This document shows, piece after piece, positions 1-10,274 of a stretch of 64,000 nucleotides of DNA. The position numbers and the translations under genes are program-made. Within the stretch, counting starts at the first letter, position 1. Each line of letters starts with the position of its first letter. The notes beneath the pieces were generated by a model. The model ran no database searches and was not told the DNA's origin. It saw only the letters and a program-made list of their open reading frames with translations. This stretch comes from Phycisphaerae bacterium (lineage in GTDB: Bacteria > Planctomycetota > Phycisphaerae > UBA1845 > Fen-1342), in assembly GCA_963675745.2 (NCBI GenBank), contig CAXXWX010000026.1, positions 672,001 to 736,000 of the forward strand. The letters are read 5' to 3'.

Positions 1-272
1 CCGGTATTCTCGCCCGACCGCTCGGCCAGAGAATAATAGCGCCGGAACTGGCGTTCGAGTACGCCATAGTGACGCTTGACCTTCTGCTTTTCGCGCAGGC
101 GCACCGCATACTCCGAGGTGCGTCCGCGGCGCCACAGGTGCATGCCGGGCGGGTAGTTCTTGTACTCGCGTTCGAGCGGGTGCTTTCCGGTTTGATCGCG
201 CACCGGCTTGAGATGAAGGTTCACACCTTCCCGGCGGGCGAGCTTCGTCGCGGGGCCCAGTAGTCTTGCCAT
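1..272 (-). CDS. rpsD: 30S ribosomal protein S4 (partial, runs off the window start)
   Basis: Manual translation from ATG at 272: [22 protein letters not shown]...[24 protein letters not shown]; follows rpsK. Confidence 0.93.
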   Translation of the reverse strand, partial: MARLLGPATKLARREGVNLHLKPVRDQTGKHPLEREYKNYPPGMHLWRRGRTSEYAVRLREKQKVKRHYGVLERQFRRYYSLAERSGENT

Positions 273-275
273 CGA

Positions 276-680
276 TCAAACCCTCCGCTTCTTGCGCGGC
301 CTGCATCCGTTGTGCGGCAACGGGGTGACATCTTCAATGGACTGAATTCGCAGGCCGGCCGCCTGGAGAGCGGTAATGGCCGATTCACGTCCGGCACCGG
401 GCCCGGTGACTAGCACGTCGACTTCGACGACACCGTGCTTCTTGGCCTCGCCGGCGCAGTATTGCGCGGCGCGCTGCGCCGCAAAGGGCGTGCTCTTGCG
501 CGCACCGGTGAACTTCTTCTCACCGCCGCCCAGCGACACCGATCCGGCCGAAGCCCAGCAGAGCGTGTCTCCGCCGACATCGGTGATCGTGATGATAGTG
601 TTGTTGAACGTCGCCTTAATGTGGGCGACGCCCTTCGCGACATTCCGTCTTCCGCGACGTTTTCCTGACGTTTTGGCCAA
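276..680 (-). CDS. rpsK: 30S ribosomal protein S11
   Basis: [41 protein letters not shown]. Confidence 0.98.
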   Translation of the reverse strand: MAKTSGKRRGRRNVAKGVAHIKATFNNTIITITDVGGDTLCWASAGSVSLGGGEKKFTGARKSTPFAAQRAAQYCAGEAKKHGVVEVDVLVTGPGAGRESAITALQAAGLRIQSIEDVTPLPHNGCRPRKKRRV

Positions 681-732
681 CTTAACAGCTCCTGCCTGCT
701 TCGAGCTCTGTCCCGCAATCCGGGGCTAACTT

Positions 733-1122
733 CTACCCGCGGTGCATTTCCTTGATGCCCTTCTTGCCCGCCACTGTCTTGCGCGGTCCCTTTCGCGTGC
801 GTGCGTTGGTACGCGTGCGCTGGCCACGGACCGGCAGTCCGCGCATGTGCCGCAATCCACGGTAACAACGAATCTCACGTAGTCGCGAGATGTGCTGTTG
901 CACTTGACGCCGCAACTGCCCCTCGACCGCGAAGTCGCGCTCGATGATGTTCGCGATCCGGCTGATCTCGTCTTCGCCCAGCTTGTTTGCGCGCACCTCA
1001 GGCTCAATCCTGGCGGCCTCCAGGATCATCTTGGCGCGATGCGGACCGATACCGTAGATGTAACGCAGCGCGACGTCGATGCGCTTGTCGTTTGGGATGT
1101 CAACACCGGCAATACGCGGCAT
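733..1122 (-). CDS. rpsM: 30S ribosomal protein S13
   Basis: [35 protein letters not shown]. Confidence 0.98.
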   Translation of the reverse strand: MPRIAGVDIPNDKRIDVALRYIYGIGPHRAKMILEAARIEPEVRANKLGEDEISRIANIIERDFAVEGQLRRQVQQHISRLREIRCYRGLRHMRGLPVRGQRTRTNARTRKGPRKTVAGKKGIKEMHRG

Positions 1123-1142
1123 TTGGTAAACCTCGCTGCAAA

Positions 1143-1256
1143 CTAGCCTTGACGCTGCTTGTGACGCGGATTCGAACAGATCACACGCAGGACTCCCTTG
1201 CGCCTGATCATCTTGCAGTTCTCACAAATCCGCCGAACGCTGGAACGCACTTTCAT
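1143..1256 (-). CDS. rpmJ: 50S ribosomal protein L36 (Zn-binding form)
   Basis: Manual translation [37 protein letters not shown] (37 aa, too short for the ORF track). Confidence 0.97.
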   Translation of the reverse strand: MKVRSSVRRICENCKMIRRKGVLRVICSNPRHKQRQG

Positions 1257-1292
1257 GACAACACCTCGTACTCACTCAGACCCGGCGACCTC

Positions 1293-2084
1293 TCAGTCCA
1301 CCCGGGTCAAAACCTCAGCCCCGCGGTCGGTCACCGCGATGCAATGCTCAAAGTGGGCCGCAAGCGAGCGATCACTGGTAATGACTGTCCAGCGATCCTC
1401 GTCCGCAAAAACCACTTCCGGCCGCCCCGCCGACACCATCGGTTCCACCGCCAGCGTCATGCCGGACAACAACTCGAAGTCCGCCCGCCGATCCCGATCC
1501 ACATAGTTGGGGACCTTGGGCTCCTCGTGCATTTCACGGCCGATTCCGTGGCCGACAAACTCTCGCACGACGCCGAAGCCGGCGTCTTCCACGCACTTCT
1601 GCATCGCCGCCGCCACCTCACTCCAGCGGCGATGGGGGCGCATCTCGCGAACCGCAACTTCGAGCGTCTGCCGCGTCACGTCCAACAGTCGCTGCGCCTC
1701 AAGCGATACGTCTCCGACCGCAAACGTCCGGGCGTGGTCACCACAATAGCCCTTCAATCTCACGCCGCAGTCGATGCTGACGATATCACCGTTCTCCAAC
1801 GGCCGGTCGTCCGGAATACCATGCACGACCGCTTCGTTCACGGACGCACACACGCGCGCCGGAAACGGAAAACTCGCCTGCGGGTTAACGACGCCCAGAA
1901 ACAGCGCCTGGGCACCCGCATCCGTGATCCGCCGTTGGGCGGTTTCGTCCATCTCTCGCGTGGTCGCACCGGGACGCGCCAACAGGGCGATCTCGTCCAG
2001 TATCTCGGCGACCAGGCGCCCCGCGGCACGCATCAGCCGCAACTCGCGTGGCGACTTCAACTCTATCTTCGTGGCCGACCACAT
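1293..2084 (-). CDS. map: Methionine aminopeptidase type I
   Basis: CASVNEAVVHGIP, DCGV..GYCGD, GHGIGREMHEEP, AVEPM, AHFEH; TGATG overlap with adk. Confidence 0.97.
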   Translation of the reverse strand: MWSATKIELKSPRELRLMRAAGRLVAEILDEIALLARPGATTREMDETAQRRITDAGAQALFLGVVNPQASFPFPARVCASVNEAVVHGIPDDRPLENGDIVSIDCGVRLKGYCGDHARTFAVGDVSLEAQRLLDVTRQTLEVAVREMRPHRRWSEVAAAMQKCVEDAGFGVVREFVGHGIGREMHEEPKVPNYVDRDRRADFELLSGMTLAVEPMVSAGRPEVVFADEDRWTVITSDRSLAAHFEHCIAVTDRGAEVLTRVD

Positions 2085-2746
2085 CAGGCGCCGCCCAGAT
2101 CCTCGATTACGCTGCGAACCTTGGCCTGAACCGCATCGGCCCCGGCAGACGCATCGATCCGGGTCAAAGCCCCACGCTCCTCGTAATATCTCACGAGCGG
2201 CGCGGTCTGCTCCCGATAGGTCAGCAACCGATTGCGCACAACGTCCGGCTGATCATCCTTGCGCTGGATGACCTTCCCCGAACACTTGTCACATACACCC
2301 TCCGCCTTGGGCGGCAGGAACTCCTTATTGTACGTCGCGCCGCAATTACTGCAAACCAGCCGACCGCTGATCCGCGCCACGATCGTGTCGTCGTCCATCT
2401 GAAAATCGAGTACGGCATCGATCTTCCAGTTGCGCTCGGCCAGCCCGGCCGACAGGGCCTCAGCCTGCGGCAGCGTCCGCGGGAATCCGTCCAGGATAAG
2501 GTGCTTGTCCGCGGCGACCTTGTCCATGGCCGCCAGGATAACGCCGGTAATCACCTCGTCGGGCACCAATCCGCCGGACTCGACATATTCGCGTGCCTTG
2601 CGGCCGATCTGGCTGTCGGCCTTGATCTCCTCGCGGAGCACCTGCCCGCTGGAGAGTTGCACGATGCCCAGACGCTCGGCGAGCCGTTCGGCCTGAGTGC
2701 CCTTCCCCGAGCCGGGCGGGCCCATGAAGATCATGCGAATAGGCAT
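2084..2746 (-). CDS. adk: Adenylate kinase (Zn-lid type)
   Basis: GPPGSGKGTQ, LDGFPRT, CSNC...CDKC lid. Confidence 0.97.
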   Translation of the reverse strand: MPIRMIFMGPPGSGKGTQAERLAERLGIVQLSSGQVLREEIKADSQIGRKAREYVESGGLVPDEVITGVILAAMDKVAADKHLILDGFPRTLPQAEALSAGLAERNWKIDAVLDFQMDDDTIVARISGRLVCSNCGATYNKEFLPPKAEGVCDKCSGKVIQRKDDQPDVVRNRLLTYREQTAPLVRYYEERGALTRIDASAGADAVQAKVRSVIEDLGGA

Positions 2747-2747
2747 G

Positions 2748-4124
2748 CTACATTCTTCCCTTGATGCGACCGCCGCCGCCGCCCTCACCGCCGAGGAATC
2801 CGTCGTAGTTGCGCATCACGAGGTTGGCTTCCAGGCGATGGATGAAATCAAGACAGACGCTCACGACGATCAGCAGACCGGTACCTCCCAGAAACGCCGA
2901 AATCGAGAAGGGGATACCCAACTGTGACGCGACCAGCGACGGGATAACGGCGATGATCGCGAGGAAGCCGGCCCCGACGTACGTGATGCGATTCATCACC
3001 GATTCGAGGTAATCGGCCGTCCGCTTGCCCGGGCGCAATCCGGGGATAAAGCTGCCCATATCCCGTAGGTTGTCCGAGAGCTCCTTGGGGCGGAACTGCA
3101 CCGACGTCCAGAAGTACGAGAAGAAGAACACCATTGCGACGTAGATGATCTCGTAGACGAAACGGCCCGGCATCATCGCTTCATACGACCAGGCCCAGAA
3201 GCTGGTGGGCCACATGTTTGAGCGTCCCAGCCACCCCAGGAGCATCCCGGGGAACAGCAGAAACGAGCTGGCGAAGATGATGGGCATGACGCCGCCGTGG
3301 TTCACCCGCAACGGCAGATAGTGGCGTTGACCGCCGACGATGCGCCGGCCGCGCGTCTGGCGCGCCTGCTGAATCGGGATGCGCCGCTGCGCTTGCGTAA
3401 TCAGAATCGTGCCGGCCACGACGAACACGAAGGAGATCACAAGGAAGATGATCTTCTCGATCGTCATCGCCCCCGCGGTGGTACCTGCCGGGCGAAAGCT
3501 CTGGATGACCTGGATGATCGCATTCGGCAGCCGGGCCACGATGCCGGCCATGATGATCAGACTGATGCCGTTGCCCAGACCATACTCGTCGATCTGTTCG
3601 CCGATCCACATCAGGATCAGCGTGCCGCACACAAGTCCTGTTATGGCAATGAGATAGAAACCCACCGATCCGGCGAATTCCGGGTAGACCAAGCTCCCTG
3701 AATATAGGTGGCGGATCCAGAACATGGCCTGGATAAAGCACAGGCCGACAGTCGTGTAGCGTGTGTACTCCTGGATCTTACGCCGGCCGGATTCGCCTTC
3801 TTTCGAGAGCTTCTCCAGCGCGGGGACCACCGTGACCAGCAATTGCAGAATGATCGAGGCACTGATGTACGGCATGATGCCAAGGCCGAAGATCGTGCTC
3901 TGACCCAGGCTGCCACCCGTGAACATGCTGAACAGCTCGGCCATCTGCCCGGCGGCGGCACTACTGCCGGCCATGCGCTGCCAGTACTCGGTCAGCTTCT
4001 GCTGATCAATGCCGGGAAGCGGGACGTAGTACCCGACCCGGTAAACCGACAGCATCATCAGGGTAAACAGAACCTTCTTGCGAAGATCCGGGATCTTGAA
4101 CACATTGAAGAAGGCTCGAAACAT
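2748..4124 (-). CDS. secY: Preprotein translocase SecY
   Basis: LGIMPYISASII, GLGNGISLII, IPGLRPGK, GGTGLLIVV. Confidence 0.98.
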   Translation of the reverse strand: MFRAFFNVFKIPDLRKKVLFTLMMLSVYRVGYYVPLPGIDQQKLTEYWQRMAGSSAAAGQMAELFSMFTGGSLGQSTIFGLGIMPYISASIILQLLVTVVPALEKLSKEGESGRRKIQEYTRYTTVGLCFIQAMFWIRHLYSGSLVYPEFAGSVGFYLIAITGLVCGTLILMWIGEQIDEYGLGNGISLIIMAGIVARLPNAIIQVIQSFRPAGTTAGAMTIEKIIFLVISFVFVVAGTILITQAQRRIPIQQARQTRGRRIVGGQRHYLPLRVNHGGVMPIIFASSFLLFPGMLLGWLGRSNMWPTSFWAWSYEAMMPGRFVYEIIYVAMVFFFSYFWTSVQFRPKELSDNLRDMGSFIPGLRPGKRTADYLESVMNRITYVGAGFLAIIAVIPSLVASQLGIPFSISAFLGGTGLLIVVSVCLDFIHRLEANLVMRNYDGFLGGEGGGGGRIKGRM

Positions 4125-4157
4125 CGCGGTCGCTGACCTCGTTCAGTGGCGTCGCTC

Positions 4158-4751
4158 TTAGCTACCCGACTCCGTGCTCGGCTCATCGCCGGCGACGGTC
4201 TCGGGCTGCGGGGCCGGGGCGGCCTTTTTCGGCGCCGCGGCCTTCTGCTTCTTCGGGTTCTTGGTCAGGCGCTTCGCCTTCCAGGCGGCAGCGCGATCGA
4301 GCCGAGCCACCACTTTGGCACTTCCGCCGGCCTTTTCGATGGCTTCCTTGGCGGCGGCGCTGAAGGCGTGGGCCTCGACTGTGAGTTTCTTGGTCAAAGC
4401 GCCCTTGGCGAGCACCTTCACAACGGTCGCGGTTCCTTGCACCAGGCGCGTCTTGCGCAGCGTGTCCAGGTCGATCGTGCCGCCGTCGTCAAAACGTCGC
4501 TCAAGATCACCGAGATTGACGGCTTCGATCTCGTCACGGAACTGCACGTTGCTGAACCCGCGTTTGGGCAGCCGCCGGAAGATCGGCATCTGGCCGCCCT
4601 CGCTGAGCGGGCGCACGCCCCCGCCGGAGCGCGACTGGCAACCCTTGTGGCCGCGGCCGCAGGTTCCACCCTTGCCGCTGCTGTTGCCGCGGCCGACGCG
4701 CATGCGGCGCTTGTTGCTTCCGGCAGCCGTTGTGATCTCGTCTAACGTCAT
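4158..4751 (-). CDS. rplO: 50S ribosomal protein L15 with C-terminal extension
   Basis: RVGRG.SSGKGGTCGRGHKG, EGGQMPIFRRLPKRGF. Confidence 0.96.
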   Translation of the reverse strand: MTLDEITTAAGSNKRRMRVGRGNSSGKGGTCGRGHKGCQSRSGGGVRPLSEGGQMPIFRRLPKRGFSNVQFRDEIEAVNLGDLERRFDDGGTIDLDTLRKTRLVQGTATVVKVLAKGALTKKLTVEAHAFSAAAKEAIEKAGGSAKVVARLDRAAAWKAKRLTKNPKKQKAAAPKKAAPAPQPETVAGDEPSTESGS

Positions 4752-4755
4752 TGGT

Positions 4756-5580
4756 CTAGTCCTGGGACTCGGGCTGGTCATTCGTATTGGAATTCGTGCC
4801 ACCGTCGGCCGTGTCCGGTTTTTCAGCGGATGGCTCCGGGCTGTCTGCGGCCGCGGTTGTCGCGGAGGCCGACGCGCCTTCACCGATCCCACGCGGCGCA
4901 GCAGCATCGAACTCGGCATCCGGTGTCTTTTCACGCACCGGCTCGGGCTCCGGGTCGGGCGGCAGATCGAGAGTAACGCCGCGCAGCGCTTCGACCACGG
5001 CGCGCGTGCGGAGTTTCTTCAAACCGTCGATGGTGGCCTTGACCAGGTTCTTCGGGCTGGTCGAGCCATAGCACTTGGTCAGCACATCCTTGATGCCGGT
5101 CAACTCGAGCACGGCCCGCGGCGCTGATCCGGCGATAACACCCGTACCGGGACTGGCCGGAATCAGCATGATCTTGCTGGCGCCAAAACGGCCGAGCACG
5201 CGGTGCGGGATTGTGTTGCCGCGCAGCGGAACATCGAACATGCGGCGTTTGGCCTGTTTCACACCCTTCTCGACGGCGGGCGGAACCTCGTTGGCCTTAC
5301 CGTAACCGTGGCCGACGCGGCCATTGCGATCGCCGACGACGGTGAGCGCACCGAAGGAGAAACGCCGGCCGCCTTTCACCACCGTGGCACAGCGGTAGAG
5401 CTTGACGAGCACGTCCTCGATACCACCGCTATCTACGTCGGGGGTGCCACGTCCACGGCCACGACCACGACCACGACCGCCAGGGCCCCCACCTCCGGGG
5501 CCCCCACCTCCGGGACCACCGCCTCCGGGACCACCGCCGCGTCCGCCCCGCGGGCTTCCTGTACCTGGTGCACTTGCCAT
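4756..5580 (-). CDS. rpsE: 30S ribosomal protein S5 with long N- and C-terminal extensions
   Basis: VVKGGRRFSFGAL.VVGD..G.VG.G.GKANEVP, PGTGVIAG. Confidence 0.97.
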   Translation of the reverse strand: MASAPGTGSPRGGRGGGPGGGGPGGGGPGGGGPGGRGRGRGRGRGTPDVDSGGIEDVLVKLYRCATVVKGGRRFSFGALTVVGDRNGRVGHGYGKANEVPPAVEKGVKQAKRRMFDVPLRGNTIPHRVLGRFGASKIMLIPASPGTGVIAGSAPRAVLELTGIKDVLTKCYGSTSPKNLVKATIDGLKKLRTRAVVEALRGVTLDLPPDPEPEPVREKTPDAEFDAAAPRGIGEGASASATTAAADSPEPSAEKPDTADGGTNSNTNDQPESQD

Positions 5581-5597
5581 TCGGTTCCGACCTTGTG

Positions 5598-5966
5598 TTA
5601 GAACTTCAGACCAGCTTCGCGCGCCGCATCTGCGAGCGCCTTTACCCGGCCGTGATACCGTTTGCCACGACGATCGAAGCTGACTTTTTCGATTCCGATC
5701 GCCCGAGCCTTTTCACCCAGTGTCTTACCAACCAGGGCCGCCGCCTTGATGTTGCCGCCATACGGCAGCGTTCCGCGCAAATCGGGTGCCTGGGTAGACA
5801 CTGCGCAGAGCGTGCGGCCGCTGATATCGTCGATAACCTGCGCGTAGATATTCCGGTGGGAGCGCGATACGGCCAATCTCGGGCGCTCGACGCTGCCGGT
5901 CACTTTCTTGCGCACGCGGCGAATCCGCCGCGCGTGTCTCGCGTGTTTGATCAACTCAACTCTCAT
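5598..5966 (-). CDS. rplR: 50S ribosomal protein L18
   Basis: [40 protein letters not shown]. Confidence 0.98.
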   Translation of the reverse strand: MRVELIKHARHARRIRRVRKKVTGSVERPRLAVSRSHRNIYAQVIDDISGRTLCAVSTQAPDLRGTLPYGGNIKAAALVGKTLGEKARAIGIEKVSFDRRGKRYHGRVKALADAAREAGLKF

Positions 5967-5994
5967 TCCGCATTACCTCTCACGCGGGGCGCGA

Positions 5995-6585
5995 TCAGCC
6001 GCCGCTGGCGAAGACCTTGCCGGCCTTTCGGCGAATCTGCTCACCGGCATATCGAATGCCCTTGCCCAGATACGGCTCCGGCTTTCGCAACTTACGCACC
6101 TCGGCGGCAAACTGTCCCACCGCCTGCTTATCACAGCCCGATACCGAGAATCGCGCCGGCTCGTTGTTACCGCGAGTCTGCGGCGTCTGCACGTCGATCG
6201 TCAGGCCGTCGGGGATATCAATCTCAAACTGGGCAGGCTTGCCCACGCCGCGTCCCATGTAACCGCAGTTCAGCAGGAACTGCTTGCCCTTGACCTGGCA
6301 GCCGTAGCCGGTGCCGTAGACTTCGAGCGCGATCGTGTACCCCTCGCTGACGCCGGTCACCATGTTGGCGATCAAGGCTCGCGAGAGCCCGTGCAAGGCT
6401 CGGTTGCGCTGCAGGTCGTCTGGGCGACGGACCACCACTTGTCCATCCTCGACGGCGGCCTCGATCGGCGCCGGCACGTGACAGCTCAGCGATCCTTTGG
6501 GGCCCTTGGTCTGCACTCCCGCGCCGGAGATCGTCACGGTCACGCCCTTGGGGATCTCGATTGGCTTTTTTCCTATCCGCGACAT
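5995..6585 (-). CDS. rplF: 50S ribosomal protein L6
   Basis: MSRIGKKPI, RKPEPYLGKGIRY. Confidence 0.97.
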   Translation of the reverse strand: MSRIGKKPIEIPKGVTVTISGAGVQTKGPKGSLSCHVPAPIEAAVEDGQVVVRRPDDLQRNRALHGLSRALIANMVTGVSEGYTIALEVYGTGYGCQVKGKQFLLNCGYMGRGVGKPAQFEIDIPDGLTIDVQTPQTRGNNEPARFSVSGCDKQAVGQFAAEVRKLRKPEPYLGKGIRYAGEQIRRKAGKVFASGG

Positions 6586-6589
6586 CTGA

Positions 6590-6988
6590 TCACCACACCA
6601 TGCAGAGGAGTTCGCCGCCCACATTCATCTCACGCGCCTGCCGATCACTCAGCACACCGCGGCTGGTTGACACGATCGAGATACCCAGCCCGTCCAGCAC
6701 CTCGGGCAGGTCTTTGGATCCGACATGCAGGCGACGCCCGGGCTTGCTGGCGCGCTGCAGGTCCTGAATGACCTTCTCGCCGCGATCGCCATACTTCAGT
6801 TCCAGCCGAATCTCGCCCTGGTTCGAGTCGTCAATGGAGGCGAAGTCGGTAATGTAGCCTTCCTCGACGAGCACGCGGGCGATGCCCAGGCAGACTTTGC
6901 TGCGTTTGATGTTCACGTGCGTTTTGCCGATCCGGTTCGCGTTTCGCACGCGGGTCAGCATGTCCGCTATCGGGTCCGACGTCGCCAT
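6590..6988 (-). CDS. rpsH: 30S ribosomal protein S8
   Basis: DPIADMLTRVRNA, SKPGRR, IVSTSRGV, GGELLC. Confidence 0.97.
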   Translation of the reverse strand: MATSDPIADMLTRVRNANRIGKTHVNIKRSKVCLGIARVLVEEGYITDFASIDDSNQGEIRLELKYGDRGEKVIQDLQRASKPGRRLHVGSKDLPEVLDGLGISIVSTSRGVLSDRQAREMNVGGELLCMVW

Positions 6989-7001
6989 GGTCACTCCACC
7001 C

Positions 7002-7187
7002 TCACCAACTCGCCTTCCGAACACCCGGAATGCTGCCTGCGTGCGCCAACTTGCGGAAGCAACAACGGCAGATCTTGAACTTACGGTATACCGCCCGTGA
7101 TCGTCCGCACAGCTCACAGCGCGTGTACACGCGAACGCCATATTTGGGCTTTCTCTTCGCCTTTAGCTTTAGACCGAGTCTGGCCAT
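7002..7187 (-). CDS. rpsN: 30S ribosomal protein S14, type Z (Zn-binding)
   Basis: 61 aa, RCELCGR...ICRCCFR...IPGVRKASW. Confidence 0.97.
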   Translation of the reverse strand: MARLGLKLKAKRKPKYGVRVYTRCELCGRSRAVYRKFKICRCCFRKLAHAGSIPGVRKASW

Positions 7188-7194
7188 GTGTCCG

Positions 7195-7755
7195 TCAGCT
7201 CCTGAATGGCATGCCCAACAGCGTCAGCAGCCGCCGGGCTTCCGCGTCGTTGCGGGCCGTTGTGCAAATCGTGATGTTCATGCCCTGCTGGAAAGTGACC
7301 TTGTCCGGATTGATCTCCGGAAAGACGCCGTACTCGGTCAGTCCCATTCCGTAATTGCCGCGGCCGTCAAAACTGTTGGGATCAAGGCCGCGAAAGTCGC
7401 GCACACGCGGCACGGCCAGGGCCACCAGCCGGTCGAAGAACTCGTACATGCGCCGCCCGCGGAGCGTCACCTTCAGTCCGACGTCCCAGCCGGCGCGTAC
7501 TTTGAAGTTCGAAACGCTCTTGCGTGCCCTGGTGACGGCCGGCTTCTGTCCGGTGATGGTGGCCAGGTGCTGTTGGGCTTCGATGAAGCGCCGATTCTCG
7601 CCCGACTTGGCCGCCGACTCCTGCACCGCCTTGCCCAGACCGACCGAAACGACGATCTTGTCCAGACGTGGCAGCGAGAGGGCGTTGTCGCGCTTGAATT
7701 CCTGCTTGAGCGCGTCTCTGATCTCGCCTCGATATTGTTCCAGTAACCGCGTCAT
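7195..7755 (-). CDS. rplE: 50S ribosomal protein L5
   Basis: [31 protein letters not shown]. Confidence 0.98.
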   Translation of the reverse strand: MTRLLEQYRGEIRDALKQEFKRDNALSLPRLDKIVVSVGLGKAVQESAAKSGENRRFIEAQQHLATITGQKPAVTRARKSVSNFKVRAGWDVGLKVTLRGRRMYEFFDRLVALAVPRVRDFRGLDPNSFDGRGNYGMGLTEYGVFPEINPDKVTFQQGMNITICTTARNDAEARRLLTLLGMPFRS

Positions 7756-8132
7756 CTACCTGCTCCAACAGCCTTGCCGCGCTTCCGCTCGGCGCGCGTC
7801 ACCTCGCTGAGCACGGTTCCACCGACGCTGACGCGCTTCTTCGAGACGACCTTACCCGCCGCATCCAGCTTCACCGGAAACCGCACGCGCGTGCCCTTGC
7901 CCGTATGGGGGTCCACCGGCTGCACGTTGGATATGTGGATCGGCGCTTCCTTTTGGATACGACCGCCCTGCGGGTGACGCTGGCTCTTCCGCACGTGGCG
8001 GTAGACCATGTTGACACCCTCGATCAGCACACGCCGACCGTCCCGCATAACGCGCAGCACCTTGCCGGTGGCGCCGCGGTGGTCGCCCGAGATCACTATC
8101 ACGCGATCGTCTTTCTTAATCCGAGACGCCAT
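7752..8132 (-). CDS. rplX: 50S ribosomal protein L24
   Basis: IKKDDRV.VISG, IEGVN, EAPIHISNV. Confidence 0.96.
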   Translation of the reverse strand: MASRIKKDDRVIVISGDHRGATGKVLRVMRDGRRVLIEGVNMVYRHVRKSQRHPQGGRIQKEAPIHISNVQPVDPHTGKGTRVRFPVKLDAAGKVVSKKRVSVGGTVLSEVTRAERKRGKAVGAGR

Positions 8133-8134
8133 CG

Positions 8135-8524
8135 TTACCAAACCTCCTCGGCCAGTGAGATGATCTTCGTGAAGTTCTTCTCACGCAGCTCGCGGGCCAC
8201 GGCACCAAACACACGCGTACACCGCGGGTTGCCTTCGGGGTCGATGATCACGGCGGCGTTGCTGTCAAAACGCACGTAGGTGCCATCCGCTCGTCGTGTC
8301 GGGTACTTGGTCCGCACGATCACGCAACGCACCTTGTCGCCCTTCTTGATGTCCGAGTTCGGCGTGGCGGCCTTGACCGAACAGATCGCGATATCGCCGA
8401 CGCCGCCCTTGCGCAGGCGTTTCTTGCCCGTCCCGGCGGAACTGCCCTTGAGCACCTGAATGCACTGCACACTCTTGGCGCCCGAGTTGTCCGCGACATC
8501 CATGCGCGTGTATTGAGTGATCAC
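8135..8524 (-). CDS. rplN: 50S ribosomal protein L14
   Basis: [37 protein letters not shown] start overlapping the rpsQ stop. Confidence 0.96.
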   Translation of the reverse strand: MITQYTRMDVADNSGAKSVQCIQVLKGSSAGTGKKRLRKGGVGDIAICSVKAATPNSDIKKGDKVRCVIVRTKYPTRRADGTYVRFDSNAAVIIDPEGNPRCTRVFGAVARELREKNFTKIISLAEEVW

Positions 8525-8835
8525 GACGCGCCTCCCTGCGGCGCCCGCCGCAAGATGCGGACCAGCCGCCACTGCTTGGTCTTGCTCAGTGGCCGGCACT
8601 CGCAGATCACGACGGTGTCGCCGTTATTGGCTTCGTTCTTCTCGTCGTGGGCGCGCAGCTTGGTACGTCGCTGAAGCGCCTTGCCGTACTTCGAGTGCCG
8701 CGAGATTCGGGACACCGCGACCGTAATGGTCTTGTCGCCCGCGTTTGACGTCACCACGCCGGTCTGCATGGGACGTTCGCGCCGCGGGCTTTTCGCCGAG
8801 GTGTCGCTGGTTTGTTCAGTTATATCCGCTGCCAT
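8521..8835 (-). CDS. rpsQ: 30S ribosomal protein S17
   Basis: [27 protein letters not shown]. Confidence 0.96.
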   Translation of the reverse strand: MAADITEQTSDTSAKSPRRERPMQTGVVTSNAGDKTITVAVSRISRHSKYGKALQRRTKLRAHDEKNEANNGDTVVICECRPLSKTKQWRLVRILRRAPQGGAS

Positions 8836-8876
8836 CTCTATCACTCACGTCCCTGGCGGCCGGCCGTTATGGCCGC

Positions 8877-9116
8877 CTATCGTCGCGCTGCGGCCGCCGA
8901 CAGGTGCGCCTGCCGCTGCTCGATGTTCGTTTCGCCCTGCTCCTGCATGACGGTCAACACGCGGGCGATCTCCCGGCGCGTTTTGGTGATCTGGGTGGTG
9001 TCCTCGAGCTTCTCGGTGACTGCTTGCGCCCGCAGGTCGAAGAGATGCCGGCGCAGCTCCTCAAGCCGGTTGTGCAGCTCGTCCGCCTTCATCGCTCGAA
9101 TCTCTTCGATCTTCAT
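8877..9116 (-). CDS. rpmC: 50S ribosomal protein L29
   Basis: LFDLR, RREIARVLT; position between rplP and rpsQ. Confidence 0.95.
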   Translation of the reverse strand: MKIEEIRAMKADELHNRLEELRRHLFDLRAQAVTEKLEDTTQITKTRREIARVLTVMQEQGETNIEQRQAHLSAAAARR

Positions 9117-9128
9117 GAATATACGTCC

Positions 9129-9551
9129 TTACACGCCGTGGCGTCGTTTGACGAACCTGACGCGCACCGGCATCTTGTGGGCAATTCGCAACAGCGCGGT
9201 CTTGGCAATGTCCTCGGCGACGCCGCCAATCTCGTACATGATCGTGCCGGCCCTCACGACCGCCACCCAGAAATCCGGCTCGCCCTTACCCTTGCCCATG
9301 CGCGTTTCCAGCGGCTTGGTTGACACGGGCTTGTGCGGAAACATCCGGATGTACACGCGGCCTTCACGGTGCAGGAAGTGAGTCGCCGCCACGCGGCCGG
9401 CCTCAATATTGCGGGCACTGATGCGCCCGCTCTCGGTGGCCTGCAAGCCATAGTCGCCAAAGGCGACCGTGTTGCCGCGCGTGGCCCTTGCACGCACTCT
9501 GCCCTTCTGCGACTTGCGCCACTTCACACGCTTTGGCATACCGGCGGGCAT
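9129..9551 (-). CDS. rplP: 50S ribosomal protein L16
   Basis: PKRVKWRK, ETRMGKGKG. Confidence 0.97.
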   Translation of the reverse strand: MPAGMPKRVKWRKSQKGRVRARATRGNTVAFGDYGLQATESGRISARNIEAGRVAATHFLHREGRVYIRMFPHKPVSTKPLETRMGKGKGEPDFWVAVVRAGTIMYEIGGVAEDIAKTALLRIAHKMPVRVRFVKRRHGV

Positions 9552-9581
9552 GTGCCTGCCTCCTCTGAAAACCGCTATAGA

Positions 9582-10271
9582 CTAGCGACGGGCACGACGC
9601 CGGAAGCGATCAGTCGCCTGCGGCACGATTTCGTCACCGTACATTCCCTTGTAAATCCAGACCTTGATGCCGATCGCTCCGACCTTAGTAACGGAGGTGG
9701 ACAGGGCGTAGTCCACGTGCGCCTGCAAGGTCTGAAGCGGGATCGAGCCCAGGATCTGCGTTTCGACGCGTGCCATCTCGGCCCCGCCCAAACGCCCTGA
9801 ACAGATAATCTTCACGCCCTTGGCGCCGGCCGCCATCGCCGCTTCGCACTTCAGCTTCATGATGCGGCGGAAGCTGGAACGTTTCTTCAACTGCTCGGAG
9901 ATGCTCTCGCCGACCAGCTTGGCGTCAAGATCGGGATGCTTGATCTCGACGATCGCAACGGCCACGCGGCGATCGATCAGATCCTCGATTTGCTCTTTGA
10001 GCTTGTCTACCTCGGCCCCCTTGGCCCCGATGACCATGCCGGGGCGGGCCGTGTGCAGAATGACGCGGACTTCATCACGCGTTCGCTCGATCTCGACCTT
10101 GGCCACGCCGGCGTAGGGCGGCTTGCGGTTCAGCTCATCATCGATGAACTTGCGAAGCCGCTCGTCTTCCACGAGAAACGTGCCGTAGGCCGCCTTCGGA
10201 GCATACCAGCGCGAGCGCCAGCCTTCGGTGATCCCGACGCGGAAACCGGTTGGATTACATTTCTGGCCCAC
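9582..10271 (-). CDS. rpsC: 30S ribosomal protein S3
   Basis: GQKCNPTGFRVGI, SGRLGGAEMAR, GIKVWIYKG. Confidence 0.98.
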   Translation of the reverse strand: MGQKCNPTGFRVGITEGWRSRWYAPKAAYGTFLVEDERLRKFIDDELNRKPPYAGVAKVEIERTRDEVRVILHTARPGMVIGAKGAEVDKLKEQIEDLIDRRVAVAIVEIKHPDLDAKLVGESISEQLKKRSSFRRIMKLKCEAAMAAGAKGVKIICSGRLGGAEMARVETQILGSIPLQTLQAHVDYALSTSVTKVGAIGIKVWIYKGMYGDEIVPQATDRFRRRARR

Positions 10272-10274
10272 GGC

